From a virus (Duplodnaviria > Caudoviricetes): a stretch of 61,277 nucleotides of DNA. This document shows, in pieces, positions 1 to 10,390 of the stretch; position 1 is the first letter of the stretch, and every line of letters starts with the position of its first letter. The translations under genes and the position numbers were made by a program. Location of the stretch: positions 1 through 61,277 of the IMG/VR virus record IMGVR_UViG_3300027533_000023. One strand, written 5' to 3'. The notes beneath the pieces were generated by a model. The model saw only the letters and a list, made by a program, of their open reading frames with translations. It was not told the origin of the DNA and ran no database searches.

Positions 1-105
1 CTTCATCGCGTCTGCATGCTCAACCATCTTTTTATAGAAGTGGTGTCGTACCCCATCTTTAAAGTACCCCTTAAGTTCAGCATCAGTGAAAATTAGCTTT
101 GGCAT
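1..105 (-). CDS. Probable N-terminus of portal protein (partial, runs off left edge)
   Basis: ATG at 105, just after the stop of ORF 108..998; reads MPKLIFTDAELKGYFKDGVRHHFYKKMVEHADAMK to base 1; the portal frame at the right edge lacks its start. Confidence 0.65.
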   Translation of the reverse strand, partial: MPKLIFTDAELKGYFKDGVRHHFYKKMVEHADAMK

Positions 106-107
106 TG

Positions 108-998
108 TTATATTTTATTTCGTTCTACGGACATAAATTCTTTTTTGCTGTGCAACCCAAAAACGTGCTGCCGGCCTTGTTTTTTAAGTGATATACTCGT
201 AACCTTATCGTATAACCTCTTTACACTCGGTAAAGAGTGATTGCTACCGAAACTCAGTAAATACCATTGCTGTAATTCTCCTATCTGCGGCACTCTATCC
301 TGGTGCAGTTTGTGCCAGTATGCCGGTGTCCACTTTACCCTGTGTGGGTCTATCTCATTTATCGCGCTACTGATATTTATACTTAGCTCATCCGGCACAT
401 GCGCCCCAAACTTCCTTATTGTCTTAAGGTTAGGGTTTGCGTGAATCTTTTGGCAGTCTTTAAAGAACTTATTTATTTGTTCAGTTTTATTAAAGTAAAT
501 AACCTCACTGCGCCACTGGTACATGATCCCTTCAGTAAGGTTATAAGTCGTTAGTATCTCTTTAAGGTCTGCCCAGAAATAATAATCTTTACGCTCGTTA
601 GTATGGTTATCAGTTGTTATATCGTACCACCCTTCTGTTATACCAGTATAGTCACAGTCTTTCAGCTCATCGAATAATTGTGTAGGAGTGCGAAATGGTA
701 GCCACAACATATCCACGTCTAAATATAAAGTTTGCTTAAAAGGCGAAAGCTCGTTAATATAAAGTTTAGGTGTAAACCCTCCGCTTGCTTTCTCTGGCAG
801 CGGAATCTCTATATCGAAGACAGACCGCTGAGCAATACTTAGGTGGGTTAAACTCTTATCATCTCTCACGATAGCAATAGGAAAATCCTCTACGCCTTTT
901 ATCGTACTCGCTAAATTATAGGCCAGCCGACCATAATACGCATGTGAGGTTGCTACCATCAAAATCCCACGTTCTCTATTTGTTTTGTTTTCTTCCAT
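108..998 (-). CDS. GT-A fold glycosyltransferase (GT8/nucleotide-diphospho-sugar transferase-like)
   Basis: N-terminal GILMVAT strand, KLYINELSPFKQTLYLDVD (DxD) motif, later DEL motif. Confidence 0.7.
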   Translation of the reverse strand: MEENKTNRERGILMVATSHAYYGRLAYNLASTIKGVEDFPIAIVRDDKSLTHLSIAQRSVFDIEIPLPEKASGGFTPKLYINELSPFKQTLYLDVDMLWLPFRTPTQLFDELKDCDYTGITEGWYDITTDNHTNERKDYYFWADLKEILTTYNLTEGIMYQWRSEVIYFNKTEQINKFFKDCQKIHANPNLKTIRKFGAHVPDELSINISSAINEIDPHRVKWTPAYWHKLHQDRVPQIGELQQWYLLSFGSNHSLPSVKRLYDKVTSISLKKQGRQHVFGLHSKKEFMSVERNKI

Positions 999-1681
999 TT
1001 TTCTTTTACAGAATTTGAAATTTTAAGCCTTGTTTCAATAGAAACTACTTTACCCTTGTGTACGCCACTCATTATTTCCTTGTGCCTATCAGACATTTTT
1101 CTACCAGTAAGAGATTTAATTAAAGCAGCTTTTGTGTTTGGGTGAATCGGTTTGCCTGTTTTCTTGCCTTTTTTAGGAGAAACAAAACCTGTCTTTCCTT
1201 TATTCCATGGTACTCTATTTTTAAATTTTTCTAATGTCTCTATAGAGAACTTTCGACCTTTATTAGAAGCTGCTATTTTATCTTTTATATACTGAGACAT
1301 TGGGTTCGTTTTGTAGTCATGCCTATATACTCCTTTGAGCCAACTTTTAACTTCCGGCCTCTTTTTGCCTTTCCAATAACCAGCATATCCAATAACGCCA
1401 TCACCTCCATTAGTTAAATTTATTAGCCCTCCCAAACCCTGATCTCTACGCCCAAATTCTTTAATATATTCAACTTCTAACAAACAAGCCTCATCCCAAA
1501 ACAAATCTTTGTGTATAATTTCTACTAAATATGCATACTTATTTATGTAGTCTTTCCAAAGAGTTGATCTTTTGTTTTTTTCAAAAGGGCGCCTTATAGT
1601 ACCCATACCTACATAAAAAACCTTTCCTGTATCAGCAAACTTGTGGAAATACACACAATATTTTTTTCCTCTTTCTAACAT
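959..1681 (-). CDS. GIY-YIG homing endonuclease with NUMOD3-like DNA-binding repeats
   Basis: YCVY...FYVGMG...R, helix E, NLTNGGDG; C-terminal repeats such as KGRKFSIETLEK and KGKVVSIETRLKIS. Confidence 0.88.
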   Translation of the reverse strand: MLERGKKYCVYFHKFADTGKVFYVGMGTIRRPFEKNKRSTLWKDYINKYAYLVEIIHKDLFWDEACLLEVEYIKEFGRRDQGLGGLINLTNGGDGVIGYAGYWKGKKRPEVKSWLKGVYRHDYKTNPMSQYIKDKIAASNKGRKFSIETLEKFKNRVPWNKGKTGFVSPKKGKKTGKPIHPNTKAALIKSLTGRKMSDRHKEIMSGVHKGKVVSIETRLKISNSVKEKWKKTKQIENVGF

Positions 1682-2832
1682 GGGCTGTCATAAGTTATTT
1701 GGTCAGCACCAATAATACTTACTGGGCTGCCAGGTGAATTTTGTAATGCACAGATAGTCCTCGGGCGGAATGGGAATAGGCTTGTTGTCTTTACCTGATT
1801 ATTACAGGCTATATAGCTAACATCACGCCGACCTGTAGTTCCTAAGTACTCTATTGTATACCTGCCACAATCTTCATCCAGCGCCAGCGTATCCACGTGA
1901 ATATCTACCCACTCGCTATAATCATCAGTATCACAGAAGCTACGTACACTGAATATATATCCTGTCGCTGGGTCTAAAATAGTATCTGTTCCAGCTGTAA
2001 GAGTCAGAACTGTCCCGCTATCTACAATCGTAGCTGGGTCAACTTCTGTTGCTATCTTCCACTCATAACCGTTAGCAGGTGCTGGTGTTGGTGCTGTCCA
2101 GCTTACACTTACCACGTTATAATCAACGGCTGAAAGTACTAATGCTGTTGGCTCTAGACAAGCAGCCTCGCTACCTTCCAGATTTCCGAATACATCTGCT
2201 TCGTCATAGGCTCCAGAGCTAGTACAAGTAACTCGGTAGGTTATTAACTTCACACTATTACGCTGGAAAAATAACGGCTTAGTCATGATCGTTAAAATAC
2301 CAGTAAGAACATCTATTTCGGCAGTATCTATAAATACCGCGTTGGCGTAGGTAATTTCAACTTCTATAGGTGTACAGTTAATCGTATCATTAGCGAATAA
2401 GTCGATCGTATATTCTGTACTCTGCTCTATCTGGTCAGGAAAAGTATCGTCAACTAACGCTAGCTGACTAGCCTCTTCACAGGTTTGACAGTTACTATTA
2501 GTAGCCGCAAAAGGAGTAACAGCCATCTTATAACCTGCCTTAGCGTATGGATAATCAAGAAACTCTGACCAGTCAATATCATAATCACCTTCTGTACTTG
2601 CACCGCCGAAGTACTTATCACCTTCGAAGTTTACCGTATCATGGCTTAAGGCTATCTTTAGCCGCTGGTGGATCCACTCAGGGTATAGATCAGTTTCACC
2701 AGTATAAACTTTACTGATCACAATACTCTGCACCTTTCTGCTACCGTCTGCCAGCTTGAATATGTTACTCTCAGAAGGAAACTGCGGTTTGCTTAAGTAG
2801 GTTCGAAGTCGTATACGGTTTAAAAAAGGCAT
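1675..2832 (-). CDS. Tail tip/structural protein with C-terminal fibronectin type III domain
   Basis: PTALVL...VSWTAP...GYE...LDPATGYIFSVRS FN3 pattern; downstream of tape measure. Confidence 0.65.
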   Translation of the reverse strand: MPFLNRIRLRTYLSKPQFPSESNIFKLADGSRKVQSIVISKVYTGETDLYPEWIHQRLKIALSHDTVNFEGDKYFGGASTEGDYDIDWSEFLDYPYAKAGYKMAVTPFAATNSNCQTCEEASQLALVDDTFPDQIEQSTEYTIDLFANDTINCTPIEVEITYANAVFIDTAEIDVLTGILTIMTKPLFFQRNSVKLITYRVTCTSSGAYDEADVFGNLEGSEAACLEPTALVLSAVDYNVVSVSWTAPTPAPANGYEWKIATEVDPATIVDSGTVLTLTAGTDTILDPATGYIFSVRSFCDTDDYSEWVDIHVDTLALDEDCGRYTIEYLGTTGRRDVSYIACNNQVKTTSLFPFRPRTICALQNSPGSPVSIIGADQITYDSPC

Positions 2833-2838
2833 TTTAAA

Positions 2839-3633
2839 TTATTTTATAAATATTACCCCACTGGCGTTACCACCGAAATCAAAAGACAAGCTAGTCGGTG
2901 GGAAGGCGTCCATTTTCACTTCTACCTCACTCCTGACCAACTCCCCACCTGTATCGTAAATCCATACCTGTACTGTAGGTGTATCCCCGTACATATCTGT
3001 CATTCCCTGTGTATAAGGAAGGACTAAAGACGACATATTACTAAATGTTATTCTTGATGGTGTACAGTTAGCACCTGTAGGTGGTGGGTTTGGTGGCTCC
3101 CCTCCTGTTCCTCCACCAGGAACTGAATCAGGAGAGCTATAACAGTAGTTAAACCCAAAGGCGTTATCATTACTACCGTATTCGATAACAGTAGTAAAGC
3201 ACCCATCACCAACTCTTTCGAACCTATTAGAACTATATGAAAAATCTTCACCGAGCGCGTTAAGAAGAATAACAACTTTAAAGCACTGCCCAATAGTAAC
3301 TACATCCATGAATCCTGGAAAACCATGTGTCCAGTTACATAACAAATCGGTATCGCTTATCCTGAATCTTTCTACCTGCTCTATGAACTCCAATATTACT
3401 TCCTCAGTTAGTTCATCCTCGCTAGTATCTACTAGCCCAACAGTTATCCCGGTATTACCAAACTCAGCCAGCTCGTCAATTTCCTCCTCAGTACCCTGTA
3501 TCACAAACTGGAACGCCACATCATCATCCTGATAGACTGGTAAGGTAGCCCGTACTGTCCCGAAAATACAGTGCTCTACATCCTGAGTTGCGAATTGCAC
3601 AAATGATCCTGATGGTGCTATTATTGTTGCCAT
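2839..3633 (-). CDS. Tail-associated structural protein
   Basis: Position in tail-tip cluster; acidic beta-rich; Pro/Gly linker before a small C-terminal domain. Confidence 0.55.
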   Translation of the reverse strand: MATIIAPSGSFVQFATQDVEHCIFGTVRATLPVYQDDDVAFQFVIQGTEEEIDELAEFGNTGITVGLVDTSEDELTEEVILEFIEQVERFRISDTDLLCNWTHGFPGFMDVVTIGQCFKVVILLNALGEDFSYSSNRFERVGDGCFTTVIEYGSNDNAFGFNYCYSSPDSVPGGGTGGEPPNPPPTGANCTPSRITFSNMSSLVLPYTQGMTDMYGDTPTVQVWIYDTGGELVRSEVEVKMDAFPPTSLSFDFGGNASGVIFIK

Positions 3634-3634
3634 T

Positions 3635-5854
3635 TTATTGTTGCCACTTAATTTTTAAATTAAAGTCTGCTTCCCCCTTGTCAGGGCTATACTGAACGGT
3701 ATCTATATATCCTTTTATCCACTCAAAGGTTCCACACTGTACTTTTACATACCCGTACGGATTTAGTTTTAACGCTTTATACTGTGCTACACTTATCGGG
3801 TATTTAAAAGAAACTGTCTTTGGTCTCCACAAAGGCTGGTACTCTGGGCCGACGAAATCATTCTTACCTAAATCGCTATTTTCTGCCTTTACTCCGTTCT
3901 CTAACTTACAAGTTGGGTCTGTAAGCTCCCCTGCTGCCCTGAAATTGCCAGTACCGCTGGTAAAAAATAATTTCTTTTCTGTATCTCCAACGTGGGCATA
4001 CCCTGCAGTGATAGTCTTAAACCACCGCATCAGGTTGTAATAAGGTCTTATCCGCCAGTTATAAATCGTTGTCGGACTGTATAGATCCGTAGCTCCAGTA
4101 ATACCACCCTGCTCTATATCGAATTGATAGGTATTACGAACTAAACAGAAAATAAATATTTCATTATCGTAAGATGTATCAGCTCCGCCAGTAGCTGCGA
4201 AGCTCTGCTGACGGGTTATTTCGGCCGCGTAGCTACCAGCGATCAGCTTGCTCATAATATTCAGCTCGTTCCTTACGTTATTAAGAGAAGTACGGTACTC
4301 TCTATTAGAATTTACTTCGTCTAAGCCTTTAACCTGCTCTACTTCCCACTTCTCATATCCTACCCTTATTCTACTATAAAAATCTTCAATAATATTCTTT
4401 ACTAACCCGTTTGGTGCCATGGGTAGTTCCAAAATCTGTTCTTCACGATAGAAGTACTTGACATCTTCAACCCTTAGCTGGTCAAAACCTGGCAGATCAG
4501 GGTTAGGCTCTATACCAAATCCGATATTATCAATAGCATTAAGACCATCAAATAAGTCTTTAGGACTGGCGAACATTTTAGCATCTACTGCGTTCCTGAG
4601 TTGTAACCCACTATCGAATGCGCGTAAACCACCACAGCCGTCTGTAGCATACGCATAGGGCTGGCTATCTGTGCGCCCGTAGTATTCACTTCTAACTTTT
4701 AGACAACCTTCTGTAACAGCTTCTACCACCCTGGAGAGTGCCTCGTGAACTAAGTAGATTTTAGCATCTGTCTCTGGGCATTGCCGGTTAGCTTCAATAA
4801 ACACTTCTGTCTCTGGGTAGAATAAGACATTATTTGAATTAGCTCCTAACTGAAATTGATAAGTATAAAAATACGCCCAGATACCTTCGCCCATTTCTAA
4901 TGTAGTAATACCCTCTAATGTAACATCAAACTCTTCATCTAATGTTTCCCCCTCTAATCCTCCCTGACTTACATAAGGAAATTCATGGGTTGCTAATTCA
5001 GTTAATCCGTTTGTTGGCGAACCAGGCAAATACCCTAATGGATTTTCCTCGCCTTCTAATATTGTACCTTTTACAATACGTATCCACGCGCTACCTGATG
5101 GATTATCAATATAAAAATGCCCTTTAAACCGAAAACGATAAGTAAAATTTCCATTAAAACAATCAATAGTTTCTTCCAGTAAGATTATAGGAGTTACTAG
5201 AGCTTGAGCATTATTAACATTACTCGAGCCTATATACACAGACGGCTCTAAGTTTGAAGTAACAATAGACTCATCAACTTTTCTGGAATAAGTCGGGCGC
5301 GTATAAACCTGAAAACTTTCTATTATATTATCAGCATATATTATCGAATCACTTTCTAAACTAACAAATCCTTTAGCACCGACCTGGATAGCTTTACTCG
5401 GCATATTAACAGTTATCCCAGCGCTAGCGTAATCCTCTAATACAGTTACCTTGTCGAACGCAAGTAGACTATCCATATCCACCTTCTGATCGAAACGGTT
5501 TCTAAATAACATCGTACAGTTACTCTGCTCTATCGGGATATTCACCTTACAGTTAGCACCACATTGTCTTTCTAGCTTAGCCATATCGAATTTCCCTGAG
5601 ATAAGTGTGCTGAATTCTTCCTCTTCATCACAGCGTATATCTGCCCTGAAAGTTACTACTGCCTGCAAACCTAGCGCGTCATCTTTCTCCATCAGATAAG
5701 CTCCAGCCAGCCCAGATAGTGACAAACTTCCTACGCTAGCCTCGAAGAAAACACCGTGGTACTGGTCATCTCTCTTAAGCCCGAGAATAAGATCCGTAAA
5801 CGACTCTGGCTGGTCGAACTCGACATTATCAATATAAAAGCGCCACTCGATCAT
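3635..5854 (-). CDS. Tail tip/hub protein
   Basis: 739 aa, directly downstream of and overlapping the tape measure gene. Confidence 0.6.
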   Translation of the reverse strand: MIEWRFYIDNVEFDQPESFTDLILGLKRDDQYHGVFFEASVGSLSLSGLAGAYLMEKDDALGLQAVVTFRADIRCDEEEEFSTLISGKFDMAKLERQCGANCKVNIPIEQSNCTMLFRNRFDQKVDMDSLLAFDKVTVLEDYASAGITVNMPSKAIQVGAKGFVSLESDSIIYADNIIESFQVYTRPTYSRKVDESIVTSNLEPSVYIGSSNVNNAQALVTPIILLEETIDCFNGNFTYRFRFKGHFYIDNPSGSAWIRIVKGTILEGEENPLGYLPGSPTNGLTELATHEFPYVSQGGLEGETLDEEFDVTLEGITTLEMGEGIWAYFYTYQFQLGANSNNVLFYPETEVFIEANRQCPETDAKIYLVHEALSRVVEAVTEGCLKVRSEYYGRTDSQPYAYATDGCGGLRAFDSGLQLRNAVDAKMFASPKDLFDGLNAIDNIGFGIEPNPDLPGFDQLRVEDVKYFYREEQILELPMAPNGLVKNIIEDFYSRIRVGYEKWEVEQVKGLDEVNSNREYRTSLNNVRNELNIMSKLIAGSYAAEITRQQSFAATGGADTSYDNEIFIFCLVRNTYQFDIEQGGITGATDLYSPTTIYNWRIRPYYNLMRWFKTITAGYAHVGDTEKKLFFTSGTGNFRAAGELTDPTCKLENGVKAENSDLGKNDFVGPEYQPLWRPKTVSFKYPISVAQYKALKLNPYGYVKVQCGTFEWIKGYIDTVQYSPDKGEADFNLKIKWQQ

Positions 5855-8800
5855 TTAAAAGTATATCTGCTATTAAAATAATTTATCTTATTCATTCCCT
5901 CCTGGGTATGTATTCCGTCAGCATCCACATTAATCGTTACATCTTTGCTATTCTTACTTATCTCTTTACCGAGTTTTTTATAGTCGAAGACAAACTTGCC
6001 ACCTTTATCTTTTATCATCATTAACTCCTTATTTACTCTATGCCCGTTCTTGCCAAGCATAGCTGCAGTTTCTTGAGGATTATAGACAATATCTTTCTTA
6101 CCTACCCACGTTATCGTTGGCTTGTTAGTAAGCATCATCTTACCATTACGCTCTATAAGCTCAGGTGCAAACTCTCCTACACTAGCAAAACCTTCGTAAT
6201 TATCTCCCTTCTTTTTACCTCTATAAAACTTCGGTATTGGGCGGGCAGCTATTAACGCAATCTGTGCAGCTCCAATAGCAGCAGCAAAGGCAATTAAGAC
6301 TGGGTTAGGAATGGCTTTAGCGATACCGGCGGCCGTACTGATAACTGCGTTAAATAAAGCAAGCTGCTTATCTCTCTCTGCTGCCTGCTTTTTAATTTTC
6401 CTTTCCTCTGCATCTATCTTCTTTGCTCTTGCGATAGCCTCTTTTTCAGTAATACTTCCACTTTCCTGAGCCTGTTTTAATGCTTCCCTCATACCAGCTA
6501 TACGCTGCTGATCCTGTTCGTTAGCAATATCATTAAGACCACCTATAATTCCACCTATTGCCTGTAGCTGCTGTGCAGCAAACTCAATAATCTCTTTTAT
6601 ATGTTGCCCACGTAAATCTTTTTCGTCTTGTAATGCTTTTTCTGTTACTGCTTTCTTATCATCCTGTAATTTTTTATACTCAGCTAGTTCTTTTTCATTT
6701 AACTGACCTGCCACATCTTTAATATCATCAAGCGCACCTATACGGGTATCTATTGCCGCAATATCCATCTCTGCTAATTCATGTATAGCAGCCGCACGAA
6801 TATCTATACTCTCTCTTTCGTTAGCAGCTATTTTCTGAAGTCTTCGGCTTAGTACTCCATTATCAGCTGCTGCGTTAGCAATTTCAAGCTCTGCAACTTC
6901 CCGAATCCGGTTTATCTTAAGATTCAAAATATCCTCTTCAGACTTCGCCCATATCGCATCTATCTTCTCTGCGTTACCCTCTGCAGCTGCTATCTCTATT
7001 CCTGCTGCGTAGTTTATATTATCTATCTGCAGCTGTAATTTTTGATCCTCGGAAGTTTGGCGTAAAGCCAGCTCAGCATTATTTTTATCTATCTCTGCCT
7101 CAAATTCTGCCTTAGTAAATAATAAAGAATACTCTTTAGTAAGTTTAAGCTGATCCTGCAGCCCCTTTTCTTTTATATTTAGTTTTTCCTGTTCGGTTAG
7201 TTTAGTATTAGTCAAATCGATTGCAATCTGCTTATCAATTAACTCTTGTTTTAAACGTAGCTCTTCGCGTGATCCTTCCTTAACATTCACTAATTGATTT
7301 TCAATATTAGCTGCTTGTGCTTCTAATTTCCTCCTATTAAAATCTGCTTGTAGTTGCTCCTGTTCCTTCTGAGCATTAATAAGAATTGTCCTACGCTGTT
7401 CTTCCAGTAACCCATCAGCAGCCGCTTCCTGCTGAGCACGGGCAGCGATTAAAGATTTTTGCAAATTGAGTTGCTTCTCACTACCTTCTTTTGCTACTAA
7501 AAGTGAGTTTTCGATAGTAGAAACACGTGCAGCAACTTCCTCTTTATTTAGTGTTTTCCTAAGTGCAAACTCTTTATTTATTATCTCTGACGACCTCTTG
7601 CTCCTACTTTCTTCAAGCTGACGCAATTGATCATCCAACTGTTTTCTCTGATCTTTATCAGCTTTTGTAGTTTGAGATTTTATAAGAGTAAGCCTATTAA
7701 TATTTTCTTCCTCTAATGTTTGTTGTTGTTTAAGGCTTTCCAGTTCCTGCTTATCTATTTCAGACTGTACAGCTCCCTTATTTTTTAAATCTTCAATAGC
7801 GTTTTTATTACGCTGTGCCTCATCATCTAACCTAGCTTGAGCACCCTCCTGACCTTCTTTTAATGCAGCAGTTAAGATAGAGGTTTGCTGTGCTGCCTTT
7901 GCTGCGCTAGCTCCGTATGTATTTAGTAAAGTAATTAACCCCGCAAGTGCGACAGCTACAATACCAATAGGATTAGCAGCCATAACAGCGTTTAATACTC
8001 TTTGTGCTGCAGCTGCCGCATATCTAACGATAATACTTTTAGATTCTAATGCGTTAGTAAGAACTATCTGGGCATTTTCTATTTTCCGTAGTGTAGTCTG
8101 TACTAAAATAGCAGCAGCAGATTCTTTCTGTAGTAAGTTTTGTATTGATTGCAACCCCTGTAGGATAGCCATCGCAGCGTTTACCTTTAATAAGGTTTTC
8201 TGTAATTCCTCACTCTCGTCTCCGAATAAAGCAGCTGTACCCTGGGCAATAGCAAATGCTCCGGTTACACCCTGTGCTACACCTACAAGCCCCTCAAGAG
8301 TACGAGTATCACTACCGACAGTTTTAATAGTATCAGCGGCATCCTTCATCGCATCTTCTAATGCTCCAGCCTTTTCTGTAAGTTCGTCAAACTCTTTACC
8401 GAAATTAGTTCCGTTCGCTATCGCCCGCTGTATTTCTTCTCTTAATCCTCGTAACTCGGCCTTTACTGATAATATTTTCTTACTGGCTCTCTCACTACCT
8501 TCACCTACCTGTCTGAGTGGATCTTCTGTTGATTCAACTTCTAATACATTTCGTATATCTATCTCTATCTGCTTAATTAGCTTTTGATCTTCTATTAACT
8601 GCTTCTCTAACTGCTTGAAAGCTCCTACGCCAGCCCCACTACTCTTCATTGCCTCCAGCTTCTGCATCGTCTGGGCAATACGGGTAGCGGTTTTAACAAG
8701 CTCTGCCTGAAGATTCTGAAATGCGGTATTGCCCTTCAGGCTATCTAATTTAGCTTTAAACTGATCAATACCTACTCCCGATTTCTTTAGTTCCGCTATA

Positions 8801-9069
8801 ATTCCCTGCTCAAAATCCTGAACGAACTTACTACTAACCTGCTTACTAGCTACCGCTAGCCCTTCAAGCGATTTCTTAACAGGGGATAGGTTATTATTAA
8901 CATTCTTTAACGCAGTAGCCTGAGCGTTCAGCTGTGTATTAGTAGCCTTAAAAGATTCTGCTAACTTCTTATCTATGTTGCCGGATTTCTCCAGCACAGA
9001 TAGTGTAGATTCTAGCTGGGAGGGGTCAGCGATGAACTCAATGAATACCTGTTCGGTTGTAAGCGGCAT
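5851..9069 (-). CDS. Tail tape measure protein
   Basis: 1072 aa, Ala/Gln/Lys/Glu-rich helical, MAANPIGIVAV motif, hydrophobic segments, preceded by frameshifted chaperone pair. Confidence 0.92.
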   Translation of the reverse strand: MPLTTEQVFIEFIADPSQLESTLSVLEKSGNIDKKLAESFKATNTQLNAQATALKNVNNNLSPVKKSLEGLAVASKQVSSKFVQDFEQGIIAELKKSGVGIDQFKAKLDSLKGNTAFQNLQAELVKTATRIAQTMQKLEAMKSSGAGVGAFKQLEKQLIEDQKLIKQIEIDIRNVLEVESTEDPLRQVGEGSERASKKILSVKAELRGLREEIQRAIANGTNFGKEFDELTEKAGALEDAMKDAADTIKTVGSDTRTLEGLVGVAQGVTGAFAIAQGTAALFGDESEELQKTLLKVNAAMAILQGLQSIQNLLQKESAAAILVQTTLRKIENAQIVLTNALESKSIIVRYAAAAAQRVLNAVMAANPIGIVAVALAGLITLLNTYGASAAKAAQQTSILTAALKEGQEGAQARLDDEAQRNKNAIEDLKNKGAVQSEIDKQELESLKQQQTLEEENINRLTLIKSQTTKADKDQRKQLDDQLRQLEESRSKRSSEIINKEFALRKTLNKEEVAARVSTIENSLLVAKEGSEKQLNLQKSLIAARAQQEAAADGLLEEQRRTILINAQKEQEQLQADFNRRKLEAQAANIENQLVNVKEGSREELRLKQELIDKQIAIDLTNTKLTEQEKLNIKEKGLQDQLKLTKEYSLLFTKAEFEAEIDKNNAELALRQTSEDQKLQLQIDNINYAAGIEIAAAEGNAEKIDAIWAKSEEDILNLKINRIREVAELEIANAAADNGVLSRRLQKIAANERESIDIRAAAIHELAEMDIAAIDTRIGALDDIKDVAGQLNEKELAEYKKLQDDKKAVTEKALQDEKDLRGQHIKEIIEFAAQQLQAIGGIIGGLNDIANEQDQQRIAGMREALKQAQESGSITEKEAIARAKKIDAEERKIKKQAAERDKQLALFNAVISTAAGIAKAIPNPVLIAFAAAIGAAQIALIAARPIPKFYRGKKKGDNYEGFASVGEFAPELIERNGKMMLTNKPTITWVGKKDIVYNPQETAAMLGKNGHRVNKELMMIKDKGGKFVFDYKKLGKEISKNSKDVTINVDADGIHTQEGMNKINYFNSRYTFK

Positions 9070-9352
9070 TATTTTCTTTTAGGCGTTTCATTTGTTCAAG
9101 TTTATTATCGAGCATCCGGTAATACTCAATCAGTGGGATTTTTAAATACTCTTGCACTTTAACCGGATCATTCTCTGCTAACAGGTATATCTGCTGCTCC
9201 CTTTCCTCTACTCCTTTACCGACAATATATCTGTAAGAACCTTGTGGTGTATTTTGTCTATCTCCTTTGCCACCTGAAAATATATTTGTGAATTTTCCTC
9301 TGGCATAGTCAAAGACGGAATCAAGTTTTTTAACGGCGTCTTCAAAAAAAAA
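9038..9352 (-). CDS. Tail assembly chaperone -1 frameshift extension (gpGT-like)
   Basis: The overlapping ORF 9038..9379 is the -1 frame entered at the T9 run (A9 at 9344-9352 on +). Confidence 0.75.
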   Translation of the reverse strand, partial: FFFEDAVKKLDSVFDYARGKFTNIFSGGKGDRQNTPQGSYRYIVGKGVEEREQQIYLLAENDPVKVQEYLKIPLIEYYRMLDNKLEQMKRLKENNAAYNRTGIH

Positions 9353-9795
9353 TCGAGAGTACCTCCAGCCTCTTTCCATATTTTAATCTTCTTTTCTGCG
9401 TACTCAAAATCGTAATTAAATCTACTCTCGCTATCGTCAAAAAATACTACACTCGCTAGCTTATAAATAAAGTCAGGTAAGGGCATAAGTTCCAACCGTT
9501 CCTTAAGATTACTATTTAACTGTGCGATATAGGTACACTCTTTAATACTTAGTTTTTTAAGATCAAGAATTTTATCCATCGCTCTCGTATGCAGCTCCAG
9601 GTATTCCCTTGTACATCTCATATTCATTTCCTCATAGACAGCTAGTGCTGCCATCTGCCTGCCTGTAGGTACTTCAAACTGGCTATCAAACATAAAGTAC
9701 GGCTTACCTCCTAACCTGAACGCCTCAACTTCGCGGTACTTGTTGTTAATTAAGCGCGTTCGTAACTTCCGCTGGAATAAACTTTTTAATTGCAT
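9208..9795 (-). CDS. Tail assembly chaperone (gpG-like)
   Basis: Upstream of tape measure; contains 9-T slippery run (GAT TTT TTT TTG). Confidence 0.75.
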   Translation of the reverse strand: MQLKSLFQRKLRTRLINNKYREVEAFRLGGKPYFMFDSQFEVPTGRQMAALAVYEEMNMRCTREYLELHTRAMDKILDLKKLSIKECTYIAQLNSNLKERLELMPLPDFIYKLASVVFFDDSESRFNYDFEYAEKKIKIWKEAGGTLDFFLKTPLKNLIPSLTMPEENSQIYFQVAKEIDKIHHKVLTDILSVKE

Positions 9796-9985
9796 CTTCT
9801 AACTCTGTTTCTGGCATCGCTACTGTTATCGCTTTGCCGTGGTTTTTTAATCGTACTTTCTTCTCTCTTTTACTCCAATATACTACATACGTCCCCTTCT
9901 TATATTTATCCGTTTTCGGCCCCATGCAGGTACACCGTCCACTGTATCTAAATCCATATAAGAGTAATATTTCAGCTACTGTCAT
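9746..9985 (-). CDS. Hypothetical protein
   Basis: Translationally coupled ORF in operon. Confidence 0.55.
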   Translation of the reverse strand: MTVAEILLLYGFRYSGRCTCMGPKTDKYKKGTYVVYWSKREKKVRLKNHGKAITVAMPETELEDAIKKFIPAEVTNALN

Positions 9986-10191
9986 GATTTATTTTTTTCC
10001 CAATCAGCATCGAACCAAGTATCTGGTATACTTCTCAGGTATTCAAAAAATCCTTTTTCTATATGCTCAGGCACGTCATTATTCTTGCAATAATCTTCCC
10101 ACAATATCCCTAGCCCTCCTTTAGAAAGCACCTCCTTCAGCTTCTCTCGGACCATGTCCCACTGTATCTCAAAACTAACCGAGGTCGACAT
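9982..10191 (-). CDS. Hypothetical protein
   Basis: Coupled ORF in operon. Confidence 0.55.
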   Translation of the reverse strand: MSTSVSFEIQWDMVREKLKEVLSKGGLGILWEDYCKNNDVPEHIEKGFFEYLRSIPDTWFDADWEKNKS

Positions 10192-10390
10192 TTTTTTCTG
10201 TATTTACTGCGTTTAGATAATGTTTCATAAAGTCTATTACTATAACATAAGCGTCAGGATCAGTAAGAGATAATCTCGGGCCGCTTCTTTGGTTATAAAA
10301 ATGAAATGCTTTTATCCAATCAGAAGTCGGTTGTTTAGTAGACCTTACTATCCGAGAGTATAAAAGCTCCATCTCTAATAACTTTGTCAT
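10175..10390 (-). CDS. Hypothetical protein, paralog of 10387..10611
   Basis: Shared DWxKAFxFYN motif. Confidence 0.6.
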   Translation of the reverse strand: MTKLLEMELLYSRIVRSTKQPTSDWIKAFHFYNQRSGPRLSLTDPDAYVIVIDFMKHYLNAVNTEKNVDLG

